Assembly (NCBI GenBank): GCA_013177825.1
Contig: JABLXX010000001.1
Span: forward strand, 656,936 to 720,935
Reading direction: 5' to 3'
Source of the DNA: Syntrophaceae bacterium
GTDB taxonomy: Bacteria > Desulfobacterota > Syntrophia > Syntrophales > PHBD01
Length of the DNA: 64,000 bases
How positions within the stretch are numbered: position 1 is the first letter of the stretch; the number at the start of each line of letters is the position of its first letter. Below, piece by piece: positions 54,968-63,718 of the stretch. The position numbers and the translations under genes are program-made. The notes under the pieces are model-generated. The model saw nothing but the letters and a program-made list of their open reading frames with translations, was not told the origin of the DNA and made no database searches.

Positions 54968-55432
54968 TCACTGCGGGCAGGACAGGACGATCTTCTTTCC
55001 GAAACCCGCTTCCGGAGACGCCGATGTCCGGTGAACGCGGGAACTGTCGCCGCAATGCCACTCGGCCGTGTAATCCTTTCCGCATCCCACAACCGGATCA
55101 CCGATCACCTGGTAATTGATCGTGTATTCGCAGCGGGACTTGCCATCGCAGGCCCGGGCAAGGTGTTCCGTCTTGTTTCCGTGAGAAGCGCCGCAGTTCC
55201 TTCCGTATGTGCCTGCGACGACCTGGATCCGGTTACCCGACACCGACGGCGGCGTCGCAGCGGCGGCGTCTCCCTGGAAGTGGATGCTCCGGATCCCGTA
55301 CGTGGGTCCCTTCAGGCTGACCGTCTGGGATGACCCGTCGTCGTAAACGATCACCAACTGGTCCGCCCCGAATGCCGGCCCGTATGACAGGATCAGGCCC
55401 AGCAGCAGGAAAAGCAGTGCAGATTTCTTCAT
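54968..55432 (-). CDS. secreted protein with a SUEL/rhamnose-binding-lectin-like domain
   Basis: Signal peptide, IQVVAGTYGRNC...CDGKSRC...GDP..GC.K...W.C, and six Cys. Confidence 0.65.
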   Translation of the reverse strand: MKKSALLFLLLGLILSYGPAFGADQLVIVYDDGSSQTVSLKGPTYGIRSIHFQGDAAAATPPSVSGNRIQVVAGTYGRNCGASHGNKTEHLARACDGKSRCEYTINYQVIGDPVVGCGKDYTAEWHCGDSSRVHRTSASPEAGFGKKIVLSCPQ

Positions 55433-55493
55433 GTCTGGTTCCTCCTCTAGAAAACAAAAAAATGGTTTCCGCCTGTGGCAGGGCGTCCCGGGC

Positions 55494-56543
55494 TTATCTC
55501 TCCCCGTTCCGCTTCGTTGCCAGGAAGGCGGCGACGGCCGCCTGAATCGATTCCTTCTCGCAGATGAAGGAGAAGTGGCCGCAGTCTCCGGCCAGCTCCA
55601 GCGTCTCCGCGCCCAGGAACCGGGCCCATTCCCGGGCCGGTCCGGGCTGGACCATCCGATCCTCTTTCGCCCAGATGACGAGGTTCCGCGCCTTCACGGT
55701 TCTCGCGGCCTCCTCCGGCGAGTTCCTGAAGCTGCGGTAGACGTCCTGGGACATGATCGCCTCGACCTGGGACGCCCAGTTCTCGGCATCGTACGTCGTG
55801 ATGATCTTTTCGGACTCTGCGAGGAACTGGGGCATGGCTTCCGGACGGATGCGGGCGTTCAGGTTCGCCGGCGTCCAGGCGTTGAGGTTATGGACGGCCG
55901 TGATGGCCTTCATGGCCTTGAGTCCTCCCCCTTCGATGCCCCGGGTCGAGCGGATGATGTCGAGCTGGGCCTGCCAGAGAAGGAGGTCGTACGCGGTCTG
56001 CCTGGGCGTACCCACGACGGCCACGACCCAATCGGCGGACCCGGGATGGGAAACGGACCATTGAAAGGCGTTGAAGGCCCCCATCGAGATGCCCATGACA
56101 CCTTTGAGGCGGGACAGTCCCAGGTGGTCCGTTACAAGACGGTGCTGGGCCGCCACGAGATCCCGGGCCGAGAAGCGGGGGAACGTTTCTCCAGGCTGGC
56201 TTTTGCTGTTGGACGGCGAGGAAGAAACCCCGTTGCCGAAGGCATCCACGGCCACAATGAAGTATTTCGAGCTGTCCGCCATTTTCCCCGGGCCGATGTA
56301 TCCCAGCGACGCGAGGTCTTCCGACGTTCCGGACAGCCAGGTCGCAAACAGGACCGTGTTGGATTTCTCCAGGTTGAGGGTGCCGAAGGTGCGGTATCCC
56401 ACCCGGCAGTCCCGGATCGTCTGTCCACTTTCCAGATTGCATTCGCCGAGATCGGCATACTGCAGCTCCCCGTCGGCCCGCACGGAACCGGGCAGGAGCA
56501 GCAGTGCCGAGATCAAAACCGCAAGAATGCGGATCGATTTCAT
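55494..56543 (-). CDS. exported alpha/beta hydrolase of the homoserine O-acetyltransferase-like fold
   Basis: Signal peptide, LESGQTI..CRVGYRTFG, GNGVSSSP, GISMG nucleophile elbow and GHF. Confidence 0.8.
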   Translation of the reverse strand: MKSIRILAVLISALLLLPGSVRADGELQYADLGECNLESGQTIRDCRVGYRTFGTLNLEKSNTVLFATWLSGTSEDLASLGYIGPGKMADSSKYFIVAVDAFGNGVSSSPSNSKSQPGETFPRFSARDLVAAQHRLVTDHLGLSRLKGVMGISMGAFNAFQWSVSHPGSADWVVAVVGTPRQTAYDLLLWQAQLDIIRSTRGIEGGGLKAMKAITAVHNLNAWTPANLNARIRPEAMPQFLAESEKIITTYDAENWASQVEAIMSQDVYRSFRNSPEEAARTVKARNLVIWAKEDRMVQPGPAREWARFLGAETLELAGDCGHFSFICEKESIQAAVAAFLATKRNGER

Positions 56544-57718
56544 GCTTTTTTGTCCTCCTCTTTTTCGATGACGCCCAGAATGCCGAAGACCGTCTCCAGT
56601 CGCCGCTCCCAGGTGTGCTCCCGGCGGGCCCGTTCGAACCCGCGGCGGCGAATCTCCTCCGCCTCGTCCGGATGGGTCAGGAGATGGCGGATCTTCGCTG
56701 CCAGGTCGTCCGGGTTTTGCCAGGTGACGATCTCCCGGCCGATGTCATAGGCCCGGGCCAGTTCCGGGTGGTCTTCCGTCAGGTAGAGCCCGCCGCTCAT
56801 GGGGATCTCGAAATCCCGCCCCTTCAGGCAGAAAGCCTCCGTATGTCCCTCCACCCCGCCGAAGCCCAGGTTGATCCGGCTCTGCGAGTAGAGCTTCACC
56901 ATGTCTTCCACGGGCAGCGGCCCTGCGGGCCAGCCGGGCCCGAAGGCCTCCACGGCGATGCCCCGGCGGCTCAGGTGATCGATCACGGCGGGCCGGTTCC
57001 CGTAGTACTGGCCGACAAAGGAGACGTCGAGGATTTTCTCCACGTCGAAGGGCCGGTGGACGGAGGGATTCGCCCCCTCGGGCAGGTAGATCGGCCGCCC
57101 CCCCTGGACGCAGTACTTGATCACGGCGTCTCCGGTGCTGGTCCAGGAGAGGTCGATCCAGCGGCAGATGTCGCGGTTGCCCGCGGCGCGGCCGTCCCGG
57201 GTGCGGCCGACGAAGCCCTCCTTGTCGTTGAGGGCCAGGTTGACCGTCGGGATATCGAGGCGATGGACTGCTTCCATCGTCTCCGGGAAGACATGTTCGC
57301 CCGAGAGGTAGAAGAATATTGCATCGGCCTCACCGGCTTTCCTCCTTTCCCGGATCCAGGCGAGGAGATCCCGGTTCATGGCCGCTTTCATCCCGCCGTG
57401 CCGGTCATCGCCCTCGGCGTTGAAACGGCCGGACCAGTCGTAGCGATGGACCGTTCCAAACATGGCAAGCGACGGGGTGAGGGCTTCGTCTTCCCAGTTG
57501 AAATTGCGGTAGACGGCGAGGATGTGAAGGGCGCCTCTGGCCTTCGGCTGCAGGCCGGGGAAGCGGGCCTTGAAGGTGCCGCGGAGGGCCGCCTCGTCGG
57601 GGATCGCGAGATTCCGGCGTCGAAAGCGATCCTCGTACTCCTCCTGTTCCCGGACGAGCCGCCGGTCGTTTCTCCACCGCCAGAATCGGTTTCGCAGTGT
57701 CCGGAAAAGGTCGGTCAT
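56540..57718 (-). CDS. glycosyltransferase (CgeB/Glyco_trans_1_2-like)
   Basis: PEGANP, DVSFVGQYYGNR, SRINLG, RDFEIPMSGG and EHTWERR. Confidence 0.85.
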   Translation of the reverse strand: MTDLFRTLRNRFWRWRNDRRLVREQEEYEDRFRRRNLAIPDEAALRGTFKARFPGLQPKARGALHILAVYRNFNWEDEALTPSLAMFGTVHRYDWSGRFNAEGDDRHGGMKAAMNRDLLAWIRERRKAGEADAIFFYLSGEHVFPETMEAVHRLDIPTVNLALNDKEGFVGRTRDGRAAGNRDICRWIDLSWTSTGDAVIKYCVQGGRPIYLPEGANPSVHRPFDVEKILDVSFVGQYYGNRPAVIDHLSRRGIAVEAFGPGWPAGPLPVEDMVKLYSQSRINLGFGGVEGHTEAFCLKGRDFEIPMSGGLYLTEDHPELARAYDIGREIVTWQNPDDLAAKIRHLLTHPDEAEEIRRRGFERARREHTWERRLETVFGILGVIEKEEDKKA

Positions 57719-57782
57719 GGATGGCCTCCGCAGGCCGGTTTCACATTCTTCAGTCGTCTCCCCGCTGATTCCGCCGGGGCAC

Positions 57783-58138
57783 CGGGGCTGTCACGGGGGC
57801 GAGCTCCTGAACGGGAGAGGGACTTCCCTCGCGCTCAGGAGCGTTTTTTCGACCCTGCAGCGTCTCGCTCCACTGCAAAGTCATAACTCGCGCCTGGCGG
57901 CGCTCAGACAGATGACTTTGCGGGCGCTGCGCTGCGACGGCAGGGTACCCCGAAAAAGCCGCTATTCGCGCTCCGGGAAGCCCCCTCCCCGACCGACGTT
58001 CGCGGGGGCGCGACCGGGGGTTTCCAGAGGAGCAATTGGGACTTTTTTCCCATCCCTCCAGCCTGACGGACCGTCGACGACGGATCGCGGGAAAAAACGT
58101 CCGCGACGGCGGAAGCCCCCGTGGCAGCCCCCGCGCCA
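57783..58138. repeat. composite repeat A2 (A core plus C hairpin) bracketed by 18-bp imperfect inverted repeats
   Basis: Homologous to 49180-49497. CGGGGCTGTCACGGGGGC (57783-57800) matches the reverse complement of GCCCCCGTGGCAGCCCCC (58115-58132) at 16/18. Confidence 0.92.
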
Positions 58139-58169
58139 TCACCCTCGAAACCGCGGGCAGTGCCCGAGC

Positions 58170-58293
58170 GGGCTGTTCAAAAATGCCCGGATGCAAGGCC
58201 CCCGAAATCCTGAACCATGAGTCGTAACCTTTTCGGTACGTCGGACGGCGAAGGATGAGGGAAAAGCGGCAGACGGGTGTTTTTCAAAAGCCC
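58170..58293. repeat. family B repeat, copy B2 (inverted relative to B1)
   Basis: GGGCTGTTCAAAAA ... TTTTTCAAAAGCCC termini. Shared core ATGCAAGGC-CCCGAAATCC-GAG.CGTA-GTACGTCG-GGATGAGG-GCAGA. Confidence 0.8.
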
Positions 58294-58309
58294 GACCGGA
58301 AACGTTTTC

Positions 58310-58341
58310 GCGATGGCGGCACGTCCCCGTGGCAGCCCCCG
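58310..58341. repeat. partial copy of the family C 3' end
   Basis: GCGATGGCGGCACGTCCCCGTGGCAGCCCCCG vs GCGACGGCGGAAGCCCCCGTGGCAGCCCCCG at 58103. Confidence 0.65.
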
Positions 58342-58390
58342 TATGCCCGTTTTGCGCGGTGAACCGTTTGAAAACACGAAAACGTTTCTG

Positions 58391-59311
58391 TTATTTCCAC
58401 AGTGTGAACAACCTCGCCCCGTTCGACTTGTCCACCCGGTCGTTCATCATGTTGAGGACATGCCCCGCGTCGACGGCGGGAACGCCAAAGCGGCGGGCCG
58501 CGTCCACGCAGACCGGCAGGGCGCCGATGCCCGCCCCGACCAGGAGCAGGTCCATCCCGGCCGGGACACGGCCGAGGACCTCCTCTTTCATATCGTGCCA
58601 GCGGGTGGCGACATAGCTGTTCGGGATGTCGACCAGCTCGATCTGCGGGCGGCTCCCGTGGCCTTCGAACCAGCGGGCGCAGGCGGCGCCGTCGCTGTCG
58701 GAATTGAGGATGGCCAGCCTGCGGCCGTCCATCAGGCGGGCGAAGGCTGCCGAGGAGAAATAGGCGTAGACGGCATAGAAGGGGACGTAGTTCTCTCCCG
58801 TCAGCGGGATCCCCGTTTCCTCCAGGTAGCGCAGAAAGGTCGTAGCCGAGGGCCGGCGGCGCCAGCGCTTGAACAGCGCCTTCCAGCCTGCGGTGGGTTC
58901 TTCGATGTTGCCCGGGAAGACGAGGGGGGCGAGGAGGCCCGTCCGTGCCAGTTCCCGAAGAGCCTCCGCGTGCAAGGGGAGGGCATCGCGGATGGCGGAT
59001 TGCGATTCCGCCTGCTGGTAGAGGCCGTTGCAGGCCAGGTCAAAATGATAGAATGCGTACTCGCCGTCGGCAAAGCGGACGACGGGCAAAGGCTTGCGGC
59101 GGGCAATGGCGCCGGCGACCCGGTCGCCGAGACGCTTCACGTAGTCGGTCCCCGAAGCTATGTCCCGGTGGAACAGGCAGGTTTCTTCCCGGATCATCTT
59201 CGGGTCGTTCACCCGGAAGACGGGATCGTTGTCGATGCCGGAAATGTCGAGCTTTCGGAAGGAAAAGGCTCCGCCGGAGGTGAGCCGCTCGATCGGATCG
59301 GGTGTCTTCAC
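58391..59311 (-). CDS. GT-D-fold-like glycosyltransferase domain protein
   Basis: VVRFADGE and LVGAG...DAGH motifs. GTG start at 59311 after GAGGGA. The longer 478-aa ORF start is antisense-like junk overlapping the next gene. Confidence 0.6.
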   Translation of the reverse strand: MKTPDPIERLTSGGAFSFRKLDISGIDNDPVFRVNDPKMIREETCLFHRDIASGTDYVKRLGDRVAGAIARRKPLPVVRFADGEYAFYHFDLACNGLYQQAESQSAIRDALPLHAEALRELARTGLLAPLVFPGNIEEPTAGWKALFKRWRRRPSATTFLRYLEETGIPLTGENYVPFYAVYAYFSSAAFARLMDGRRLAILNSDSDGAACARWFEGHGSRPQIELVDIPNSYVATRWHDMKEEVLGRVPAGMDLLLVGAGIGALPVCVDAARRFGVPAVDAGHVLNMMNDRVDKSNGARLFTLWK

Positions 59312-59337
59312 GGAATGTCCCTCAAGTCGATGGTCCT

Positions 59338-60114
59338 TCAGACGCCGGCGATGACATCGCGGAGGATCCGGTAGTCCGTCAGTACGGGATAGCGGGGAAG
59401 GGGCTCCGCAGAGACAACCATGGCCAGGGGAATCTTCAGGGCCGACGATTCGCGGTAGTGGACGTGCAGCTCCTTCCAGGGGATCCGTCCATCCTTGTGG
59501 AGGGTCCGGATGTCCGCCAGGAAATCGTGGCGCTTCCAGTTCTCCACGAGGACGAACCAGCGGGTTGCCGCCCCGAACAGGTTCGCCAGGGCATTCCGGT
59601 GGTTCTGCCGGATGTGCATGATCACCGCCTGGGTGAAGGCCGCCTCGACCCGGGGCAGCTCGAGGCTTCCGGGTTCCGCCGTCAGGTCCCGGGGCTCGAC
59701 CCAGGCCGGGAGATCCGGGTGCCGCCTCCGGAGGAGGGCCACCTGGCCGTCGGACACGTCGACGCCATGCAGGCGGAATTTCGGATTCAGTACGTGGAGG
59801 TTGTGCAGGTGGTCTCCGCCCCCGCACCCCCCCTCCAGGATCGAATCGGGAGACAGCTGGAGGAGCGTCTCGTACGTGATGTGGTAGTTCGGATGGAGGG
59901 GCTTGATGTCCCGCTGGAGATTCAGGCGCTCGCCGTCGAAGGCGTAATCCCCTTCCCGGAGGATCAGGGTGTGATCCCGGGCGATGTCGTCCAGGCCCTC
60001 CCTGTAGATCTCCGAGTAAAACTGCCAGTCGTAGTCGTCGGGGGCCTTCCTGCCCGTCCGGAGCATCTTGAAGAATTTGCGGATGTGATACAGCCGGTCG
60101 GCCGTTGTGCCCAT
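59338..60114 (-). CDS. class I SAM-dependent methyltransferase
   Basis: ILEGGCGGG motif I, LHGVDVS and AFTQAVIMH. Confidence 0.85.
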   Translation of the reverse strand: MGTTADRLYHIRKFFKMLRTGRKAPDDYDWQFYSEIYREGLDDIARDHTLILREGDYAFDGERLNLQRDIKPLHPNYHITYETLLQLSPDSILEGGCGGGDHLHNLHVLNPKFRLHGVDVSDGQVALLRRRHPDLPAWVEPRDLTAEPGSLELPRVEAAFTQAVIMHIRQNHRNALANLFGAATRWFVLVENWKRHDFLADIRTLHKDGRIPWKELHVHYRESSALKIPLAMVVSAEPLPRYPVLTDYRILRDVIAGV

Positions 60115-60124
60115 GATCAATCCC

Positions 60125-60505
60125 CTACCAGATCTTTTCGAAGTCTGCCGGTTCCCAGCGGTGATTCCGCTCCTGGAACGTGCTGGTGCGCGTGTCCGCA
60201 CGGAAGTGGTCCACCAGCGTCCGGTTGAACAGGCGATAGAGCCAGGCGATGGGCGTCAGGAAAAGGAAGAAGATCAGCGTCAGGAGGATCCTGGAGTTGA
60301 TGCGGCCGATCCACTGGGCGAATGCGAGCCAGCCCTTTGCGATCGCCGTTGTCAGACGGTTCTCGAAGGTGTTCGCCACGGCCAGGAAGACTGCCGCCCA
60401 CAGGAGCCAGCGGCTGCCGAAGATCAGAAAGGCAATCAGGAGCGCCAGCGTGAGAACGTGGATCGTCTGGAATATGCCCAGTTTGTCCAGCGGTTTCGGT
60501 TCCAT
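60125..60505 (-). CDS. SxtJ-family membrane protein
   Basis: Hydrophobic N-half, WLAFAQWIGRINSRILLTLIFFLFLTP and aromatic C-terminus ..FEKIW. Confidence 0.8.
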   Translation of the reverse strand: MEPKPLDKLGIFQTIHVLTLALLIAFLIFGSRWLLWAAVFLAVANTFENRLTTAIAKGWLAFAQWIGRINSRILLTLIFFLFLTPIAWLYRLFNRTLVDHFRADTRTSTFQERNHRWEPADFEKIW

Positions 60506-60517
60506 GTCCCTTCCGTT

Positions 60518-60664
60518 TTAGAACAGGGTGTAAATAAACGGAGCCACGGCGGAGCCGCTCGTCAGGATCAGGATGCCCATGAGGAGCAGGAGCACGATCA
60601 TGGGCAGAAGCCACCATTTTTTCCGTTCCCGGAGGAACATCCACAGGTCTTTCAGAATTTCCAT
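60518..60664 (-). CDS. DUF5989/SxtK-like 48-aa membrane peptide (missing from the ORF track)
   Basis: Manual translation MEILKDLWMFLRERKKWWLLPMIVLLLLMGILILTSGSAVAPFIYTLF. The RKKWWLLP and APFIYTLF motifs are typical. Confidence 0.88.
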   Translation of the reverse strand: MEILKDLWMFLRERKKWWLLPMIVLLLLMGILILTSGSAVAPFIYTLF

Positions 60665-60701
60665 GTTTTCTCCGCGGCCCCGGCCGGGGCCTGAAATCTG
60701 T

Positions 60702-61733
60702 CTATGCTTTGTTCCGGATCGCCTCGAGAATCACCCGGGCGACGACGGCATGGCCCTCGCGCTTCAGGTGGTCGTCCAGAATGTAAAAATGACGGTCTTC
60801 CAGGTGTTCCGTCATGTCCATCACGGTCATCCGCCGGATCTCCTCCGGCCACGATCCCGTCCGGAGCTTCTGCCGGAGGAGAGCCGTGAAGGTGTTCGAC
60901 TGGTGCCGGCCGTTCATTTCGAAAGTGATGATCCGGACCCCCGCCAGCTCGACGCCTCCGTGCAGCAGGGCATGGAGGAAAAGATCCGCCTCGTCCGCCT
61001 CCGGTGGCGGCGCGGAAGTCCTCTTTCGCAGGCGTCCCCCCCATTCGTCAACCCTTTTTTGGGCCTTGAGCCGCAGGTACTTCCCGAAGAAATAGGGGTT
61101 CGGGCGGCTGTGAAAGGCCGCGAGGCGCCGGAAGGTCTCCTCTCCCATGACCTTGAGCCGGTTGCCGTTCCGGAAAAAGCGCAGATTCTCGTCGTAATCG
61201 TCCTGGCAGTACTGGATGACGAGGATCTTCAGTCGCTCCCGGGGGACCTTGCGAAGGATCATCATCTCCCGGACGGTCCCGTAGGAGGGAATGGCCGTGT
61301 TGAGGACCCGCAGGCCCGTCTCCCGCTCCAGGATCCGTGAGAACATGTCCTCCCGGTCGACCCCCCAGCCGACGGCGAAGGAGTCGCCCACCACCACGAT
61401 CTCCGGCGCCTCCAGGGATGCCTCGTCGTCGCGGACGCCCAGCGAGTTGATCTCGTAGCGGTTGCTGAACTCACGGCCGGAATACGTGAATACTCCGGGC
61501 TTCAGGGTGTAGCCCAGATCGGGGTCGTGGCGGCCGCAGTCCGGCAGGAACTGCATGACCCGCCGCTCGCCCCCCTGCACGTACAGGTGTCCGACGCTGT
61601 TGATGATTCCCTGGGGACATTTCTCCAGGAGGTCGGGACGGCAGGCCAGGAAGCGATAGGCTGCCTCGATGAAAACGAGGACGAAGATCACCGCGGCAGC
61701 GGCATAGAGAAAGGGGATCATGGAAGGCGACAC
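60702..61733 (-). CDS. membrane-anchored SGNH/GDSL hydrolase-family protein
   Basis: N-terminal TM helix, INSLGVRD, VGDSFAVG, NTAIPSYG and DDHL. Confidence 0.87.
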   Translation of the reverse strand: MSPSMIPFLYAAAAVIFVLVFIEAAYRFLACRPDLLEKCPQGIINSVGHLYVQGGERRVMQFLPDCGRHDPDLGYTLKPGVFTYSGREFSNRYEINSLGVRDDEASLEAPEIVVVGDSFAVGWGVDREDMFSRILERETGLRVLNTAIPSYGTVREMMILRKVPRERLKILVIQYCQDDYDENLRFFRNGNRLKVMGEETFRRLAAFHSRPNPYFFGKYLRLKAQKRVDEWGGRLRKRTSAPPPEADEADLFLHALLHGGVELAGVRIITFEMNGRHQSNTFTALLRQKLRTGSWPEEIRRMTVMDMTEHLEDRHFYILDDHLKREGHAVVARVILEAIRNKA

Positions 61734-61739
61734 CCCCGC

Positions 61740-63602
61740 TCAGTCCAGGACGAGGTCCTGGCGCCAGTTTCGCTCTTCCAGCCAGGGAGGCTGATTCTCC
61801 TTGCGGAAGACGAAGCGGTTCACCACCAGGACGTCCATGTCGGTCCGCATGAAGCAGCGGTAGGCGTCCTCGGGTGTGCAGACGATGGGCTCCCCCCGGA
61901 CGTTGAAGCTCGTGTTGACGATGACGCTGTATCCCGTCTGCTCCTTGAAGGCCGCCAGAAGCTTCCAATATAAGGGGTTCGTCTCCCGGTGGACCGTCTG
62001 GAGGCGGGCCGTGTAGTCCAGGTGCGTGATGGCGGGAACGTCGGAGCGGACGGTGTACAGCTTGTCCTTGATCGGCATCCGGTGGTAGCCCTCGGGGTGA
62101 GGGTTCCGCCGGGACTCGACCACGTCGGCGATGAGGAGCATGTACGGAGAGGGCCGGTCGGTATCGAAATATTCCTGCAGGTCCTCCATGAGGACCGAGG
62201 GTGCGAAGGGACGGAAGCTCTCTCTGAACTTGATCTTCAGGTTGAGCCGGAGCTGCATGTCCTTGTTGCGGGCGTCGCCCAGGATGCTCCGGTTTCCCAG
62301 CGCCCGGGGTCCCCATTCCATCCGGCCCTGGAACCAGCCCACGGCTTTTCCCGAGGCCAGGTCGCCCGCCACTTCCGTCGCGAGGGAGTCGTCGTCTTCG
62401 TGCAGGGTGAAGGCGGCGCCGTATCTCTTCGCGACGGCCCGGACGGAGTCGTCGCCGTAGGCGGGCCCCAGGTAGGCCCCCTGCATGGCGTCGCCGTTTC
62501 CTTCCAGGACCCGGTCCTTCCCGTAATAGATGTGGTAGGCCGCGCAGGCTGCCCCCAGGGCGCCCCCGGCGTCGCCGGCGGCCGACTGGATCCAGAGGTC
62601 GTCAAAAACGCCCTGCCGGAGGAGCTTGCCGTTGGCCACGCAGTTGAGGGCCACGCCGCCGGAGAGGCAGAGGGTCCGGGCGCCCGTCAGTACCTTCGCC
62701 GTCTTCGCCATCTTGAGAACAGTCTCCTCGGTAACCTGCTGGATCGCCAGGGCCAGGTCCCCGTGGACCTGTTCGATCTCCGACTCGGGGAGCCGCCGGG
62801 GGACGCCGAAGAGGTCGAGCCACCGGTCGTCCTTCACCATGCTGAGCCCCGTCGCGTAGTCGAAATATTCCTGGTTCAACCAGATGGAGCCGTCTTCCTT
62901 CAGGTGGACCAGCCGCTCCAGGATCAGGTCCCGGAACCGCCGGACCTGCTCCGACGTTGGGTCGCCGTAGGGGGCGAGACCCATGAGCTTGTATTCCCCC
63001 GAGTTGACCCGGAAGCCAAGATAGTAGGTGAAGGCCGAATAGAGAAGTCCCACGGAATGGGGAAACGCCATTTCCTTGAGAACGGTGATCTCCCGGTCCT
63101 TTCCGTGGCATATGGAGGCGGTGGCCCACTCGCCGACGCCGTCGACGGTCAGGATCGCCGACTCCCGGAAGGGAGAGGGGTAAAACGCGCTGGCGGCATG
63201 GGACAGGTGGTGGTCCGTGAAGAGCAGTTTCGGGGTTTTGCCTTTTCCATCGCCCAGCTTTGCCATCTCCTCGCGGATAAGGCGCTTGAGGAAGACCTTC
63301 TCCTTGATCCAGACGGGGATGGCCGAGAGGAAGGACTTCAGGCCACGGGGGGCGAAGACGTAGTAGGTTTCCAGGAGTCGCTCGAACTTGAGGAGCGGCT
63401 TGTCGTAGAAGACGACCGCCTCCAGGTCCTCGAGGCCGATGGCCGCCTCCTCCAGGCAGTAGCGGGCGGCGTGCGCGGGAAAGCCCGGATCGTGCTTCTT
63501 TCGCGTGAAGCGCTCCTCCTGGGCGGCGGCGACGATCCGGCCGTCTTTTACGATGGCCGCCGCGGAATCGTGATAAAAGGCCGACAGACCCAAAAGGTAC
63601 AA
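61740..63602 (-). CDS. carbamoyltransferase (NodU/CmcH/SxtI family)
   Basis: YHDSAAA, AAQEERF, HHLSHAASAF, DGVGE, GEYKLMGLAPYG, GPRALGNRS, ESFRPFAP and NTSFNVRGEPIV. Confidence 0.95.
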   Translation of the reverse strand: MYLLGLSAFYHDSAAAIVKDGRIVAAAQEERFTRKKHDPGFPAHAARYCLEEAAIGLEDLEAVVFYDKPLLKFERLLETYYVFAPRGLKSFLSAIPVWIKEKVFLKRLIREEMAKLGDGKGKTPKLLFTDHHLSHAASAFYPSPFRESAILTVDGVGEWATASICHGKDREITVLKEMAFPHSVGLLYSAFTYYLGFRVNSGEYKLMGLAPYGDPTSEQVRRFRDLILERLVHLKEDGSIWLNQEYFDYATGLSMVKDDRWLDLFGVPRRLPESEIEQVHGDLALAIQQVTEETVLKMAKTAKVLTGARTLCLSGGVALNCVANGKLLRQGVFDDLWIQSAAGDAGGALGAACAAYHIYYGKDRVLEGNGDAMQGAYLGPAYGDDSVRAVAKRYGAAFTLHEDDDSLATEVAGDLASGKAVGWFQGRMEWGPRALGNRSILGDARNKDMQLRLNLKIKFRESFRPFAPSVLMEDLQEYFDTDRPSPYMLLIADVVESRRNPHPEGYHRMPIKDKLYTVRSDVPAITHLDYTARLQTVHRETNPLYWKLLAAFKEQTGYSVIVNTSFNVRGEPIVCTPEDAYRCFMRTDMDVLVVNRFVFRKENQPPWLEERNWRQDLVLD

Positions 63603-63718
63603 GCGATGCTTTCCTTCCGTCCCGGGCGGCGCTTTCGTTGCGCCGGGGGACCTTCCGTGATAGAAAACGGGAGCCCGTGCCGGGGTCCCGGTTAAAAAAC
63701 GAGAGAGGGGAAACGCGG

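Noticed and set aside
58391-58411. Additional DnaA-box-like pair (ATTTCCACA / TGTGAACAA)
   Set aside because: It overlaps the last codons of a CDS, has two mismatches per box, and has no array or AT-rich context.
60125-63602. Saxitoxin biosynthesis (sxtI/J/K-like genes)
   Set aside because: No sxtA, sxtG, sxtB or other core genes. The neighbours are glycan-modifying enzymes.
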